Positions 1 through 7,883 of a DNA stretch of 20,000 bases are shown piece after piece (position 1 is the first letter of the stretch; the number at the start of each line of letters is the position of its first letter). This stretch comes from Rhabdothermincola salaria (GTDB lineage: Bacteria > Actinomycetota > Acidimicrobiia > Acidimicrobiales > Acidimicrobilacustridaceae). The stretch covers positions 1,050,168-1,070,167 of the forward strand of contig NZ_JAJQXW010000001.1 in the NCBI RefSeq assembly GCF_021246445.1. The letters run 5' to 3'. The notes below the pieces were generated by a model that was given only the letters and a program-made list of their open reading frames with translations, made no database searches and had not been told where the DNA came from. A program made the position numbers and the translations under genes.

Positions 1-696
1 CAGGGGAGCCCAGGCGGCGGCGCGGGTCCCCAGCACGGTGGACCCCCCGGCCCGGGCCTGCGCCCAGTCGCGGGGCAGCACGGCGGTGGGTACTCCGGCG
101 CGCCGCAGGCGGAGACCGAGGTGGCGCACGGTGGCCAGCGACGGGGCGATCACGAGGGCGGGACCCAGGCCGGCCGCGGCGAGCACCACGGGGAACACGT
201 CGCCGGCCGGGGGCAGCCGCAGCACCGTCACGCCGCCTTGCAGCGCCTCCCCGGCGAGGGCGCCCACGTCGCCGAGGGCCACGGTGCTGGCCGGACCGGC
301 GGATGGCGCCCCGGCCCGGGGCAGTCCCCGCACCGCCCCTTCCGGCGAGGCGGTGCGCAACACGGACACGGGCCGTCCCGCCCACCGCCACGCCGCCCAG
401 TCGGCCAGGTCGAACACCTCCGGGGGCGGTCCCCAGCCCGTGACCTTGGCCAGGTCCTGCAGCACCACCCCGGGCGGGGGTTCGACGTGGTCGGCGACCA
501 CCCATCCGCCCACGCGGCGACCGTGCAGCGAGATGCGCACGATGGTGCCGACCCGGACCTCGGCGTCGAGCGCCGGCGGGACCGTGTAGTCGAAGCACTT
601 GTCGACCGCCGGGAGGTCGGGGCGGACCCGCACGACGCGCGAGCGCTCGCCGTCGGGGTGGCTCGGTCGGGCGGACACGGGTGCGGACCGGGGCAC
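1..696 (-). CDS. priA: Primosomal protein N' (PriA), N-terminal part, runs off the window edge; start uncertain (GTG at 633, 678 or 696, or non-canonical ACG at 807)
   Basis: Hand translation (absent from the ORF track because it has no stop in the window) gives RVVRVRPDLPAVDKCFDYTVP...VGTIVRISLHGRRVGGWVV (PriA 3'-DNA-binding domain) and VLGTRAAAWAP (motif-Ic-like). It lies directly downstream of metK, as in other Actinobacteria. Confidence 0.85.
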   Translation of the reverse strand, partial: MPRSAPVSARPSHPDGERSRVVRVRPDLPAVDKCFDYTVPPALDAEVRVGTIVRISLHGRRVGGWVVADHVEPPPGVVLQDLAKVTGWGPPPEVFDLADWAAWRWAGRPVSVLRTASPEGAVRGLPRAGAPSAGPASTVALGDVGALAGEALQGGVTVLRLPPAGDVFPVVLAAAGLGPALVIAPSLATVRHLGLRLRRAGVPTAVLPRDWAQARAGGSTVLGTRAAAWAPL

Positions 697-816
697 GCGG
701 AGCGACCCCGAGCGCCGGCGCGACGAACCGCCGCCGGCGCGAGGCGGGCCGGCGGCGTCCTCGGGAGCGTCCCCGAAGTCGAAGCTGGGTTGGTCGGGGC
801 CCGGCGTGGCCGGTCC

Positions 817-2010
817 CTACAGGCCGAGGGCCGAGGCCAGCTGCTCGACGCGGTCGGTGCGCTCCCAGGTGAAGCCGTCGCCCTCGCGGCCGAAGTGGCC
901 GTAGGCGGCTGTCTGGCGGTACACGGGGCGGCGCAGGTCGAGGTCTCGGGTGATGGCGGCGGGGCGCAGGTCGAACACCTGGCGCACCGCGTCCGCGATC
1001 TTCTCGGGATCGACGGTGGCGGTGCCGAACGTCTCCACCATGAGCGACACCGGATGGGCGACGCCGATGGCGTAGGCGACCTGCACCTCGCAGCGCTCAG
1101 CGGCCCCGGCGGCGACCACGTTCTTGGCCACCCACCGCGCCGCGTAGGCCGCGGAGCGGTCGACCTTCGACGGGTCCTTGCCCGAGAAGGCGCCCCCTCC
1201 GTGGCGGGCCATGCCCCCGTAGGTGTCGACGATGATCTTGCGCCCGGTGAGCCCGGCGTCGCCGACGGGACCGCCGATGACGAACCGCCCCGTGGGGTTG
1301 ACGAACACCTCGTAGTCGTCGTCGGCGAAGGCCTCGGGGACCACGGGGCGGATGACCTGCTCGATGAGGTCCGGGCGGATGGCGTCGTCGCGGTCGATGC
1401 CGTCGTTGTGCTGGGTGGAGATGAGCACGGTGCGCAGCCGCACCGGCCGCCCGTCCTCGTAGTCGAAGGTCACCTGGGTCTTGCCGTCAGGGCGCAGGTA
1501 GGGCACTGCTCCGGACTTGCGGACCTCGGCGAGGCGCTCGGCCATGCGGTGCGCCGTGTGGATGGGCAGGGGCATCAAGACGTCGGTGTCGCGGCAGGCG
1601 TAGCCGAACATCATCCCCTGGTCGCCGGCGCCCTGCTGGTTCAACAGGTCCTCGCCGGAGGTGCCGGTACGGACCTCTTCGGAGTCGTCGACCCCCTGGG
1701 CGATGTCGGGTGACTGCTCGTCGAGGCTGACCATGACCCCGACGGTGTTGCCGTCGTAGCCGTAGGACTCGCGGTTGTAGCCGATCTCGTTGATCGTGGA
1801 GCGCACGATCTTGGGGATGTCGACGTAGCCCGAGGTGGTGATCTCACCGGCGACCACGGCCAGCCCGGTGGTCACCATGGTCTCGCACGCCACCCGGCTC
1901 ATGGGGTCCTGGGCCAGCATCGCATCGAGGATGGCGTCGGAGATCTGGTCGGCGACCTTGTCGGGATGGCCCTCGGTGACGGATTCCGAGGTGAAGGTCC
2001 AGCTGGTCAC
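817..2010 (-). CDS. metK: S-adenosylmethionine synthetase
   Basis: [35 protein letters not shown] motifs; GTG start at 2010 with AGGAG RBS. Confidence 0.98.
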   Translation of the reverse strand: MTSWTFTSESVTEGHPDKVADQISDAILDAMLAQDPMSRVACETMVTTGLAVVAGEITTSGYVDIPKIVRSTINEIGYNRESYGYDGNTVGVMVSLDEQSPDIAQGVDDSEEVRTGTSGEDLLNQQGAGDQGMMFGYACRDTDVLMPLPIHTAHRMAERLAEVRKSGAVPYLRPDGKTQVTFDYEDGRPVRLRTVLISTQHNDGIDRDDAIRPDLIEQVIRPVVPEAFADDDYEVFVNPTGRFVIGGPVGDAGLTGRKIIVDTYGGMARHGGGAFSGKDPSKVDRSAAYAARWVAKNVVAAGAAERCEVQVAYAIGVAHPVSLMVETFGTATVDPEKIADAVRQVFDLRPAAITRDLDLRRPVYRQTAAYGHFGREGDGFTWERTDRVEQLASALGL

Positions 2011-2062
2011 AGGTGCTCCTTGGCGGGCATCGGGCCCGAGGTGGTGGACGGTGGGAACGGCC

Positions 2063-3301
2063 TCAGCTCGATGTCGCGGTGCGCAGCTCCACCACGGCAT
2101 CGAGCACGGCTCGAGCCACCGCCCGCTTGTCGGTCAAGGGGACATCTTGGCGCATCCCCCCGGGCCCGAGGAGCACCACCGCGTTGGTGTCGTGCTCGAA
2201 GCCCACGCCGGGTGCGCTCACGTCGTTGGCCACGATGAGGTCGAGGTTCTTGCGTTCGAGCTTGGCCCGTGCGTTGTCGAGCAGGTCGCGGGTCTCGGCC
2301 GCGAAGCCGACCAGCACCTGGCCGGGCCGCTTGGCCCGACCGAGGTCGACGAGGAAGTCGTGGGTGGGCTCGAGCACGATGTGGGGCGGGCCGTCGGCCG
2401 CCAGCTCGTGCTTCTTCAACTTGTGGTCGGCCACCACGACGGGACGGAAGTCGGCGACCGCCGCGGCCATGACCACCACGTCAGCATGGTCGGCCCGGGG
2501 CACGACCACGGCTTGCATGTCGGCGGCGCTGGCCACCTCGATCATCTCGACACCGGCCGGCGCAGCACGCTCGACGGTGCTGACGAGGGTGACCCGCGCC
2601 CCACGGGCTGCGGCCTCGGCCGCCAGGGCGTAGCCCTGCTTGCCGGACGACCGGTTGGTGATGACCCGCACCGGGTCGATGGCCTCCCGGGTGCCACCGG
2701 CCGTGACCAGGACCGACACCCCGGCGAGGTCGTCGGCCCGGCCGTCGGGCGGAGCGTCGGCTCCGTCGAGCACGTGCGCGACGGCGGCCACGATGTCGGC
2801 CGGCTCAGCCAGTCGACCGGCGCCGACGTCGCCACCGGCCAGGCGCCCCTCGGTGGGCCACACGACGTGCACCCCGCGCGAGCGCAGCAGCTCGAGGTTG
2901 TCCTGCACGGCCGGGTGCTCCCACATCTCGGTGTGCATCGCCGGGCACACGACGACGGGGGCCCGGGTGGCGAGGAGGGTGGCGGTGAGCAGGTCGTCGG
3001 AGTAGCCGTGGGCGTAGGCCGACAGCACACGGGCGGTGGCGGGAGCCACCACGACCAGATCGGCGCCCTGGCCGAGCCGCGTGTGGGGGATGGGGCTGTC
3101 CTCGTGCCACAGGGAGGTCTGCACCGGCTCGGAGGCCAGCGCCGAGAACGTGGTCTCCCCCACGAAGTGGGTGGCCCCCTCCGTCAGCACGGGCGCCACG
3201 TGGGCCCCGGCGTCGACCAGGCGGCGGCACACGTCGATGGCCTTGTAGGCCGCGATCCCCCCGGTGACCCCGAGGACGATCCGGCGCCCGGCGAGGCTCA
3301 C
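2063..3301 (-). CDS. coaBC: Bifunctional phosphopantothenoylcysteine decarboxylase / phosphopantothenate-cysteine ligase
   Basis: [56 protein letters not shown] motifs. Confidence 0.97.
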   Translation of the reverse strand: MSLAGRRIVLGVTGGIAAYKAIDVCRRLVDAGAHVAPVLTEGATHFVGETTFSALASEPVQTSLWHEDSPIPHTRLGQGADLVVVAPATARVLSAYAHGYSDDLLTATLLATRAPVVVCPAMHTEMWEHPAVQDNLELLRSRGVHVVWPTEGRLAGGDVGAGRLAEPADIVAAVAHVLDGADAPPDGRADDLAGVSVLVTAGGTREAIDPVRVITNRSSGKQGYALAAEAAARGARVTLVSTVERAAPAGVEMIEVASAADMQAVVVPRADHADVVVMAAAVADFRPVVVADHKLKKHELAADGPPHIVLEPTHDFLVDLGRAKRPGQVLVGFAAETRDLLDNARAKLERKNLDLIVANDVSAPGVGFEHDTNAVVLLGPGGMRQDVPLTDKRAVARAVLDAVVELRTATSS

Positions 3302-3332
3302 GGCAACGGTCGGCGGCGCCGGTCGGTGCGGC

Positions 3333-3638
3333 TCACTCGGCGTCGTCGCCCTCGACCGCCTGATCGGTCTCCACCGCCACGAGCTCGGCCGGGGTGGTGC
3401 GCACGGGCACGATCTTGTCGGCGGCGATCTCCTCGAAGGCGATCGACAGCGGCTTGCGCGCCACCGAGGTCACCTGCGGTGGCACGTTGTTGGTGGTGCC
3501 GTCGACCAGCTGGCCGAAGTAGGCGTTGATCTGGCGGGCCCGCATGGCCCCCAGCGACACCAGGGTGAACTTGGAGTCGACCTTGGACAGGAGGGTCTCG
3601 ACGCGAGGGTTGATCATCGAGTCATGGATCTGGGCCAC
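3333..3638 (-). CDS. rpoZ: RNA polymerase omega subunit
   Basis: C-terminal part of the 3333..4208 ORF: INPRVETLLSKVDSKFTLVSLGAMRARQINAY...KPLSIAFEEI; GTG at 3638 with GGAGAG upstream; gmk-rpoZ-coaBC synteny. Confidence 0.95.
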   Translation of the reverse strand: MAQIHDSMINPRVETLLSKVDSKFTLVSLGAMRARQINAYFGQLVDGTTNNVPPQVTSVARKPLSIAFEEIAADKIVPVRTTPAELVAVETDQAVEGDDAE

Positions 3639-3693
3639 GGGTCTGCACTCTCCGGTGTCGGGGGGGGTTGGTCGGGCGGGATGGAGCCGGGCG

Positions 3694-3699
3694 ATCCTA
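3694..3699 (-). promoter_or_regulatory. Candidate -10 element (TAGGAT) for rpoZ, overlapping the gmk stop codon
   Basis: GG-TAGGAT matches the actinobacterial TANNNT consensus, about 55 nt upstream of the rpoZ start. Confidence 0.45.
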
Positions 3700-4233
3700 C
3701 CAGCTACGTCGGGCTTCGATGAGGTCTCGAACCTCGGCGACGGTGTCGTCGAGGTCGTCGTTGACCACCCGCACCGCGCCGAGCGCCCGGCCCCGCTCGA
3801 GCTCCTGTTCGGCCACGGCGACCCGCTCGGCCACCTGGTCGGGCGGGTCGCCCCTCCCCCGCAACCGGTCGGCCTGGACCTGGCGCGACGGCGGCTCCAG
3901 CAGGACCACGAGGGCCGCGGGCTCGCGCTCGAGCACCTGCTCGGCGCCCTGGACGTCGATCTCGAGCACGACGTCGTGGTCGTCTCCGGCCTCCGGCCAC
4001 GGAGTGCCGTAGAGGTTGCCCAGGAAGTCGGCGTGCTCGAGGAAACCGCCGGAGGCGGCGTGGGCCTCGAAGGTGGGCCGGTCGACGAAGGTGTAGGCGT
4101 CGGCCGCCTCGCCCGGTCGGGGCGCGCGGGTGGTCCACGACCGCGACAACCACAGTCGAGGGTCTTCGGCCACCAGGCGGGCCACGACGGTGCCCTTGCC
4201 GACCCCACCGGGGCCGCACACGACGACGATCAC
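3697..4233 (-). CDS. gmk: Guanylate kinase
   Basis: VIVVVCGPGGVGKGT P-loop, SWTTRAPRPGE, GNLYGTP, LEIDVQGA; GTG start at 4233. Confidence 0.95.
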   Translation of the reverse strand: MIVVVCGPGGVGKGTVVARLVAEDPRLWLSRSWTTRAPRPGEAADAYTFVDRPTFEAHAASGGFLEHADFLGNLYGTPWPEAGDDHDVVLEIDVQGAEQVLEREPAALVVLLEPPSRQVQADRLRGRGDPPDQVAERVAVAEQELERGRALGAVRVVNDDLDDTVAEVRDLIEARRSW

Positions 4234-4258
4234 CGGCGTCGGGCCCGACGCCGCGAGG

Positions 4259-4576
4259 TCAGGACCCGAAGGCGTCCAGCAGGGCCTTGCGCTGCTGGGC
4301 GCCCAGGCCGCGGAGGCGCCGGGTGTCGGCGATGCCGATCTCGTCCATCGTGCGTCGGGCGGTGACCTTGCCCACGCCCGGGAGCGACTCGAGCACGGCG
4401 AGCACCTTGATGCCCGCGACCATGTCGTCGCGGTCGGCCTCCGCGAGCAGCTCGGGCAGGGTGATCGAGCCCATCTTGAGGCGTTCCTTGAGCTCGGCGC
4501 GAGCCCGACGGGCCTCGGCGGCCTTGACGAGCGCAGCTTGGCGCTGCTCGTCCGAGAGGGCGGGAGGGAGCGGCAT
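4259..4576 (-). CDS. mihF: Actinobacterial integration host factor (mIHF/sIHF)
   Basis: LSDEQRQAALVKAAEARRARAELKERLK...LESLPGVGKVTARRTMDEIGIADTRRLRGLG; upstream of gmk. Confidence 0.95.
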   Translation of the reverse strand: MPLPPALSDEQRQAALVKAAEARRARAELKERLKMGSITLPELLAEADRDDMVAGIKVLAVLESLPGVGKVTARRTMDEIGIADTRRLRGLGAQQRKALLDAFGS

Positions 4577-4583
4577 GATCGCG

Positions 4584-4589
4584 ACCCTA
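4584..4589 (-). promoter_or_regulatory. Candidate -10 element (TAGGGT) 7 nt upstream of the mihF ATG, suggesting a leaderless transcript
   Basis: GGTAGGGT-CGCGATC-ATG with no purine-rich SD in the 7-nt spacer. Confidence 0.6.
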
Positions 4590-4621
4590 CCCCTCGCGCC
4601 GGTCGTTCCGGGCCAGACCGG

Positions 4622-4647
4622 GGACGAGATCCGCGCCGGGCTCGTCC
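4622..4647 (-). terminator. GC-rich hairpin just downstream of the TetR gene
   Basis: GGACGAG...CTCGTCC 7-bp inverted repeat with further inner pairing; no U-tract. Confidence 0.35.
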
Positions 4648-4654
4648 GGGACGC

Positions 4655-5326
4655 TCAGGAGGCCGGGACGGGACCGACGGCGCCGCCCGGGGCCACGAGC
4701 GCGGCGGGGAGCGGGCCCAGCAGTGGGGCTTCGAGCACACCGACGAGGACGTCGGTGAGGTTGGCCTCGAAGGTGTCGTCGTCGAGCTCGACCGGCCGAC
4801 GGGACTCGAGCTGACGGGCCCGGGACGACATCGCCGCCGTCATCAGCATGATCATCTCGACCACCCGCTCGCGGCGGACCGCCGCCGGCAGCTCGGTGGG
4901 CCGGGCCTCGAGCATGGTGAGGATGTCGACGAGGTGAGGCCCGGTGCCCACGGTGTCGGCACGCCAGTCCGAGAAGAGCGGCGACAACCCTGCCACGATG
5001 CGCAGGTAGTCGCGCCCTTCCGGAGTGGCCAGGTGGGCGGCGTAGGGAACCACCAGCACGGCGACCAGGTCTCTGGTGGTGCTCCCGTCCGCCAGGCGGG
5101 CCCGCAGCTCACCGCGGGCGGCGTCGGTGGGATCGCCGTGACGGGCCAGGATCGCCTCGAGCAGCCCCTCGCGGGACCCGAAGTGGTAGTTGACCGCCGA
5201 GACGTTGCGTTGCCCGGCCGCGTCGGTGATCTCGCGCAGCGTGACGCGGTACGGACCGCGTCGGGCGAAGAGCCGCTCGGCCTCGCGCAGGAGGCGTTCC
5301 TTGGTGGGAGTGCTGTCGCGGGGCAC
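4655..5326 (-). CDS. TetR/AcrR family transcriptional regulator
   Basis: N-terminal HTH TKERLLREAERLFARRG...TLREITDAAGQRNVSAVNYHFGSREGLL; GTG start at 5326 inferred. Confidence 0.92.
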   Translation of the reverse strand: MPRDSTPTKERLLREAERLFARRGPYRVTLREITDAAGQRNVSAVNYHFGSREGLLEAILARHGDPTDAARGELRARLADGSTTRDLVAVLVVPYAAHLATPEGRDYLRIVAGLSPLFSDWRADTVGTGPHLVDILTMLEARPTELPAAVRRERVVEMIMLMTAAMSSRARQLESRRPVELDDDTFEANLTDVLVGVLEAPLLGPLPAALVAPGGAVGPVPAS

Positions 5327-5334
5327 GGTCGGCG

Positions 5335-5340
5335 ACGTTA
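5335..5340 (-). promoter_or_regulatory. Candidate -10 element (TAACGT) 8 nt upstream of the TetR GTG, probably leaderless
   Basis: GGTAACGT-CGCCGACC-GTG; no SD. Confidence 0.5.
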
Positions 5341-5347
5341 CCGGGTG

Positions 5348-5378
5348 CGTCGGTGGGGTCCGAGGGACCCCACCGACG
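5348..5378 (-). terminator. Perfect 14-bp hairpin after the LLM gene (terminator or 3' stabiliser)
   Basis: CGTCGGTGGGGTCC-GAG-GGACCCCACCGACG, 7 nt downstream of the LLM stop; no U-tract. Confidence 0.65.
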
Positions 5379-5385
5379 TCCGGGA

Positions 5386-6624
5386 TCAGTTCGGGAGCGG
5401 GGCGAGAGCGGAGTCGGGGATGACCGTCGGCCACTCGATGTCGGGCAGCGGCTTGGAGAAGCGGCCGTACTTGGGCTGGGCCTCGGCCCGGTACCGGTCG
5501 GTGGAGTGCACCGGATCCTTGTCGAACTCGGGGATCACGTTCTGACCGAAGAGCTCGAGGCACTCGAGGATCTCCTCGTGGTACATGCCTTCGATGGGCA
5601 GGCCGAACGCGAGCTGGTCCATGCCCACGTCGCCCCAGGCGGCGATCTGCTCAGCGACCTCGTCGGGGGTGCCGCACAGCATGTGGCCGGCCTCGATGAT
5701 GCCGTCGAGGAGCTCGTCGCCGTCGATGTTGGGATCCTGGACGATGTCGTGGAGCGACATCGGGGTGCCGGGCCAGGTGATGGCGTCCTGGGACTTGGGC
5801 ATGGTGTCGTGGTAGAGGTTCACCATCGTCACCAGGTAGCCGCGACCCTTGCGCAGGGCGATCTCACGCGCCTTCTCGCGGGTCTCGCAGCAGATCACCG
5901 AGTTGGTGATCATCACGTTGTCGTTCTTGAACTGTCCGATGGGCTCGGTGCAGTTGGCGATGCCCTCCTTGTAGGCCTCGATGCGACCGCGGAGGTTGAA
6001 GATGGGCTCGAAGTTGAAGGCGATGGCGCCGATGCCCATCTGGCCCGCCGTGGTGAAGGTGGGCGGGTTGCCGCACGCCACCCAGATCGGCGGGTGCCCC
6101 TGGCCGTAGGGCTTGGGCAGCACGTTGTGGGGGTACGGCACCGTGAAGGTCTCGCCCTGGTGCTCGTAGTCCTCGAGCTCCCACATGCGCGGGACCTCGC
6201 GGACGACCTCGTTCCACTCGGGCTTGGTGGAGTCCTTGTCGAGGATGTTGAAGGTGGCCATCTCGTGGGAGCCGGCGCCGCGGCCGGTGCCCCACTCGAA
6301 GCGGCGCTGGGTGACGTGGTCCATCATCGCCGCCCGCTCCGCGTAGCGCACCGGGTGCTCCTTGCGGGGCGAGAGGCTGTTGATGGCGGTGCCGATGTGG
6401 ATCCGCTCGGTCTTGGCGGCCAGGTAGCCGATCATCACCTCGGGAGCGGAGAGGTGGCTGTACTCGGTGAGGGCGTGGTGCTCGCCCAGCCACACGTACT
6501 TCCAGTTGTGCTTGTCGGCGGCGATCGACAACTCGAGCTCGCGCATGAGCTCGGTGTGCTCGAGCTCGGTGTCGTGGGCGGCGGGACCGGGCGTGTACCC
6601 GTTGAGGAAGACTGCGAACTCCAT
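5386..6624 (-). CDS. LLM class (luciferase-like) flavin- or F420-dependent oxidoreductase
   Basis: MEFAVFLNGY..., VWLGEHH, LAAKTERIHIGTAI, RFEWGTGRGAG, PKPYGQGHPPIWVA, CGTPDEVAEQI; ATG at 6624 with GGAGG RBS. Confidence 0.92.
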   Translation of the reverse strand: MEFAVFLNGYTPGPAAHDTELEHTELMRELELSIAADKHNWKYVWLGEHHALTEYSHLSAPEVMIGYLAAKTERIHIGTAINSLSPRKEHPVRYAERAAMMDHVTQRRFEWGTGRGAGSHEMATFNILDKDSTKPEWNEVVREVPRMWELEDYEHQGETFTVPYPHNVLPKPYGQGHPPIWVACGNPPTFTTAGQMGIGAIAFNFEPIFNLRGRIEAYKEGIANCTEPIGQFKNDNVMITNSVICCETREKAREIALRKGRGYLVTMVNLYHDTMPKSQDAITWPGTPMSLHDIVQDPNIDGDELLDGIIEAGHMLCGTPDEVAEQIAAWGDVGMDQLAFGLPIEGMYHEEILECLELFGQNVIPEFDKDPVHSTDRYRAEAQPKYGRFSKPLPDIEWPTVIPDSALAPLPN

Positions 6625-6653
6625 GGATCCTCCGGAGACGAGGGGGCGGACGG

Positions 6654-6674
6654 TTCTAATGCTGGCGCTTAGAA
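6654..6674. promoter_or_regulatory. AT-rich inverted repeat TTCTAA-N9-TTAGAA upstream of the LLM gene (candidate operator)
   Basis: 6-bp arms in an AT-rich patch 30-50 nt upstream of the LLM start. Confidence 0.45.
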
Positions 6675-6812
6675 TCCCATAGTGTGCCACATGTCGCAGT
6701 CCGCTGCCGAGCGGCCGGCACCGCGCCCGCGGCCTCGCGGCACTCCCCGCCGGTGGGGGCGAGCGTCGTCGACCACGCGCCCCGCCGACACCCTCTCGGA
6801 CCAGGGGTTGGC

Positions 6813-7697
6813 TCAGCCCGGTTCCGCGCGGGGCACCTCGACCCGCCGCCGGGAGCCGAAGGCCTGCTCGTCCACCATGGTGCGCAGCTGCGGGATGACC
6901 ACGTCGAAGGGCATCTTGGCCTCCACGGTGGCCAGCAGGGCCCTGGTGAGCCCCACCATGACCTGCTCCCGGCGGGACGACCACGTGAACCCGTAGAGGC
7001 CCCGGTGCTCGGGGCCCATGGCGGCGATCGCCCCCTGGGTCATGAGCCACTTGGTGGCGCGTGTCCCCAGATCGGCTTCGTCCGGCTGCGCCGTCACCAT
7101 CTCGCGGAACCACACCGCCGGCGCCGAGAGCGCCAGCCGCGGGCCCATGGCTGCCATGGCGGCGTCCACCTCGGCCGCCGAGCCACCCACCCGGTCGGGA
7201 TCGCAGCCCACCAGCCGGGCCGCCTCGCGCTGCTCCACCACGAACTGGTCGCGCTCGGCCGCGCTCAGGTCGGCGCCGTAGAGGTCCCAGGTGCGCAACA
7301 GGGACCAGGTGAGGGCGTTGTGCACCCACACCAACAAGTCGGGGTCGTCGGCGGCCAGCGCCGCCCCGGTGTCGGGGTGCGAGGCAGTGCACCGGGCGTG
7401 GATGCGTCGCAGGGCGGCACCGGCCGCGTCGGCGCTGGCGACATCGCCGTAGGTGATGGTCGTGGCGTATTGAGCGGTGCGTTGGGCCCGCAGGTCGGGG
7501 TTGGCCCGCACGTTCGAGGACTGGTCGATGACGTACATCACGGGCGGGTACAGCATCTGCACCATCGCTGCGGTCGCCGCCCCGATGCCGGTGGAGGGGT
7601 GGGCCATGGCCTTCCACGTGACGCTGTCGGGACCGAACAAGCCGTCGTCGGTGGTGTGGGGCCCGGCATCGACCGAGAGGGGGCGGGTGGTGGACAT
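6813..7697 (-). CDS. Oxygenase MpaB / rubber oxygenase Lcp-like (DUF2236) family protein
   Basis: DDGLFGPDSVTW, RAQRTAQY..TITYG, LRRIHA, ADDPDLLVWVH patterns typical of DUF2236 proteins; AAGGA RBS. Confidence 0.85.
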   Translation of the reverse strand: MSTTRPLSVDAGPHTTDDGLFGPDSVTWKAMAHPSTGIGAATAAMVQMLYPPVMYVIDQSSNVRANPDLRAQRTAQYATTITYGDVASADAAGAALRRIHARCTASHPDTGAALAADDPDLLVWVHNALTWSLLRTWDLYGADLSAAERDQFVVEQREAARLVGCDPDRVGGSAAEVDAAMAAMGPRLALSAPAVWFREMVTAQPDEADLGTRATKWLMTQGAIAAMGPEHRGLYGFTWSSRREQVMVGLTRALLATVEAKMPFDVVIPQLRTMVDEQAFGSRRRVEVPRAEPG

Positions 7698-7778
7698 GCG
7701 ACTGGCGTCCTTTCGGAGTTCCCGAGCGGACGGCCGCGCACGAGCCTGCGGCAGCAGGCCCGGCCACGCGCCGCGCCC

Positions 7779-7810
7779 GCATGACCGCGGTCACGCTACC
7801 ACTGTCAGTG
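7779..7810 (-). promoter_or_regulatory. Candidate promoter/operator of the DUF2236 gene: -10 TAGCGT (7793-7798) flanked by two palindromes
   Basis: TGACCGCGGTCA (7782-7793) and CACTGTCAGTG (7800-7810) bracket GG-TAGCGT. Confidence 0.5.
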
Positions 7811-7863
7811 AGGGTGCGATGCCGGCAGCGCGTCTCGCCCCACCCCGGCGCCCGGGCCATCTG

Positions 7864-7883
7864 CCCCACCGGTCCGGGTGGGG
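7864..7883 (-). terminator. Hairpin downstream of pyrF (possible end of the pyr transcript)
   Basis: CCCCACC-GGTCCG-GGTGGGG 7-bp stem; no U-tract. Confidence 0.35.

Noticed and set aside
817..819. Pyrrolysine recoding of the metK TAG
   Set aside because: MetK is complete at this stop, and no pyl genes or recoding signal are present in the window.
2011..2062. Possible SAM riboswitch upstream of metK
   Set aside because: Only 52 nt separate coaBC and metK, and no SAM-I/IV core motifs are visible.
3333..4740. Long upstream extensions of the rpoZ (to 4208) and gmk (to 4740) frames
   Set aside because: They overlap gmk and mihF in other frames and have low-complexity composition; family homology starts at 3638 and 4233.
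5386..7869. 827-aa ORF suggesting a large N-terminal extension or fusion on the LLM protein, overlapping the DUF2236 gene out of frame
   Set aside because: The extension is R/G/P/H-rich off-frame translation of the DUF2236 gene; the LLM domain begins at ATG 6624 with a strong GGAGG RBS.
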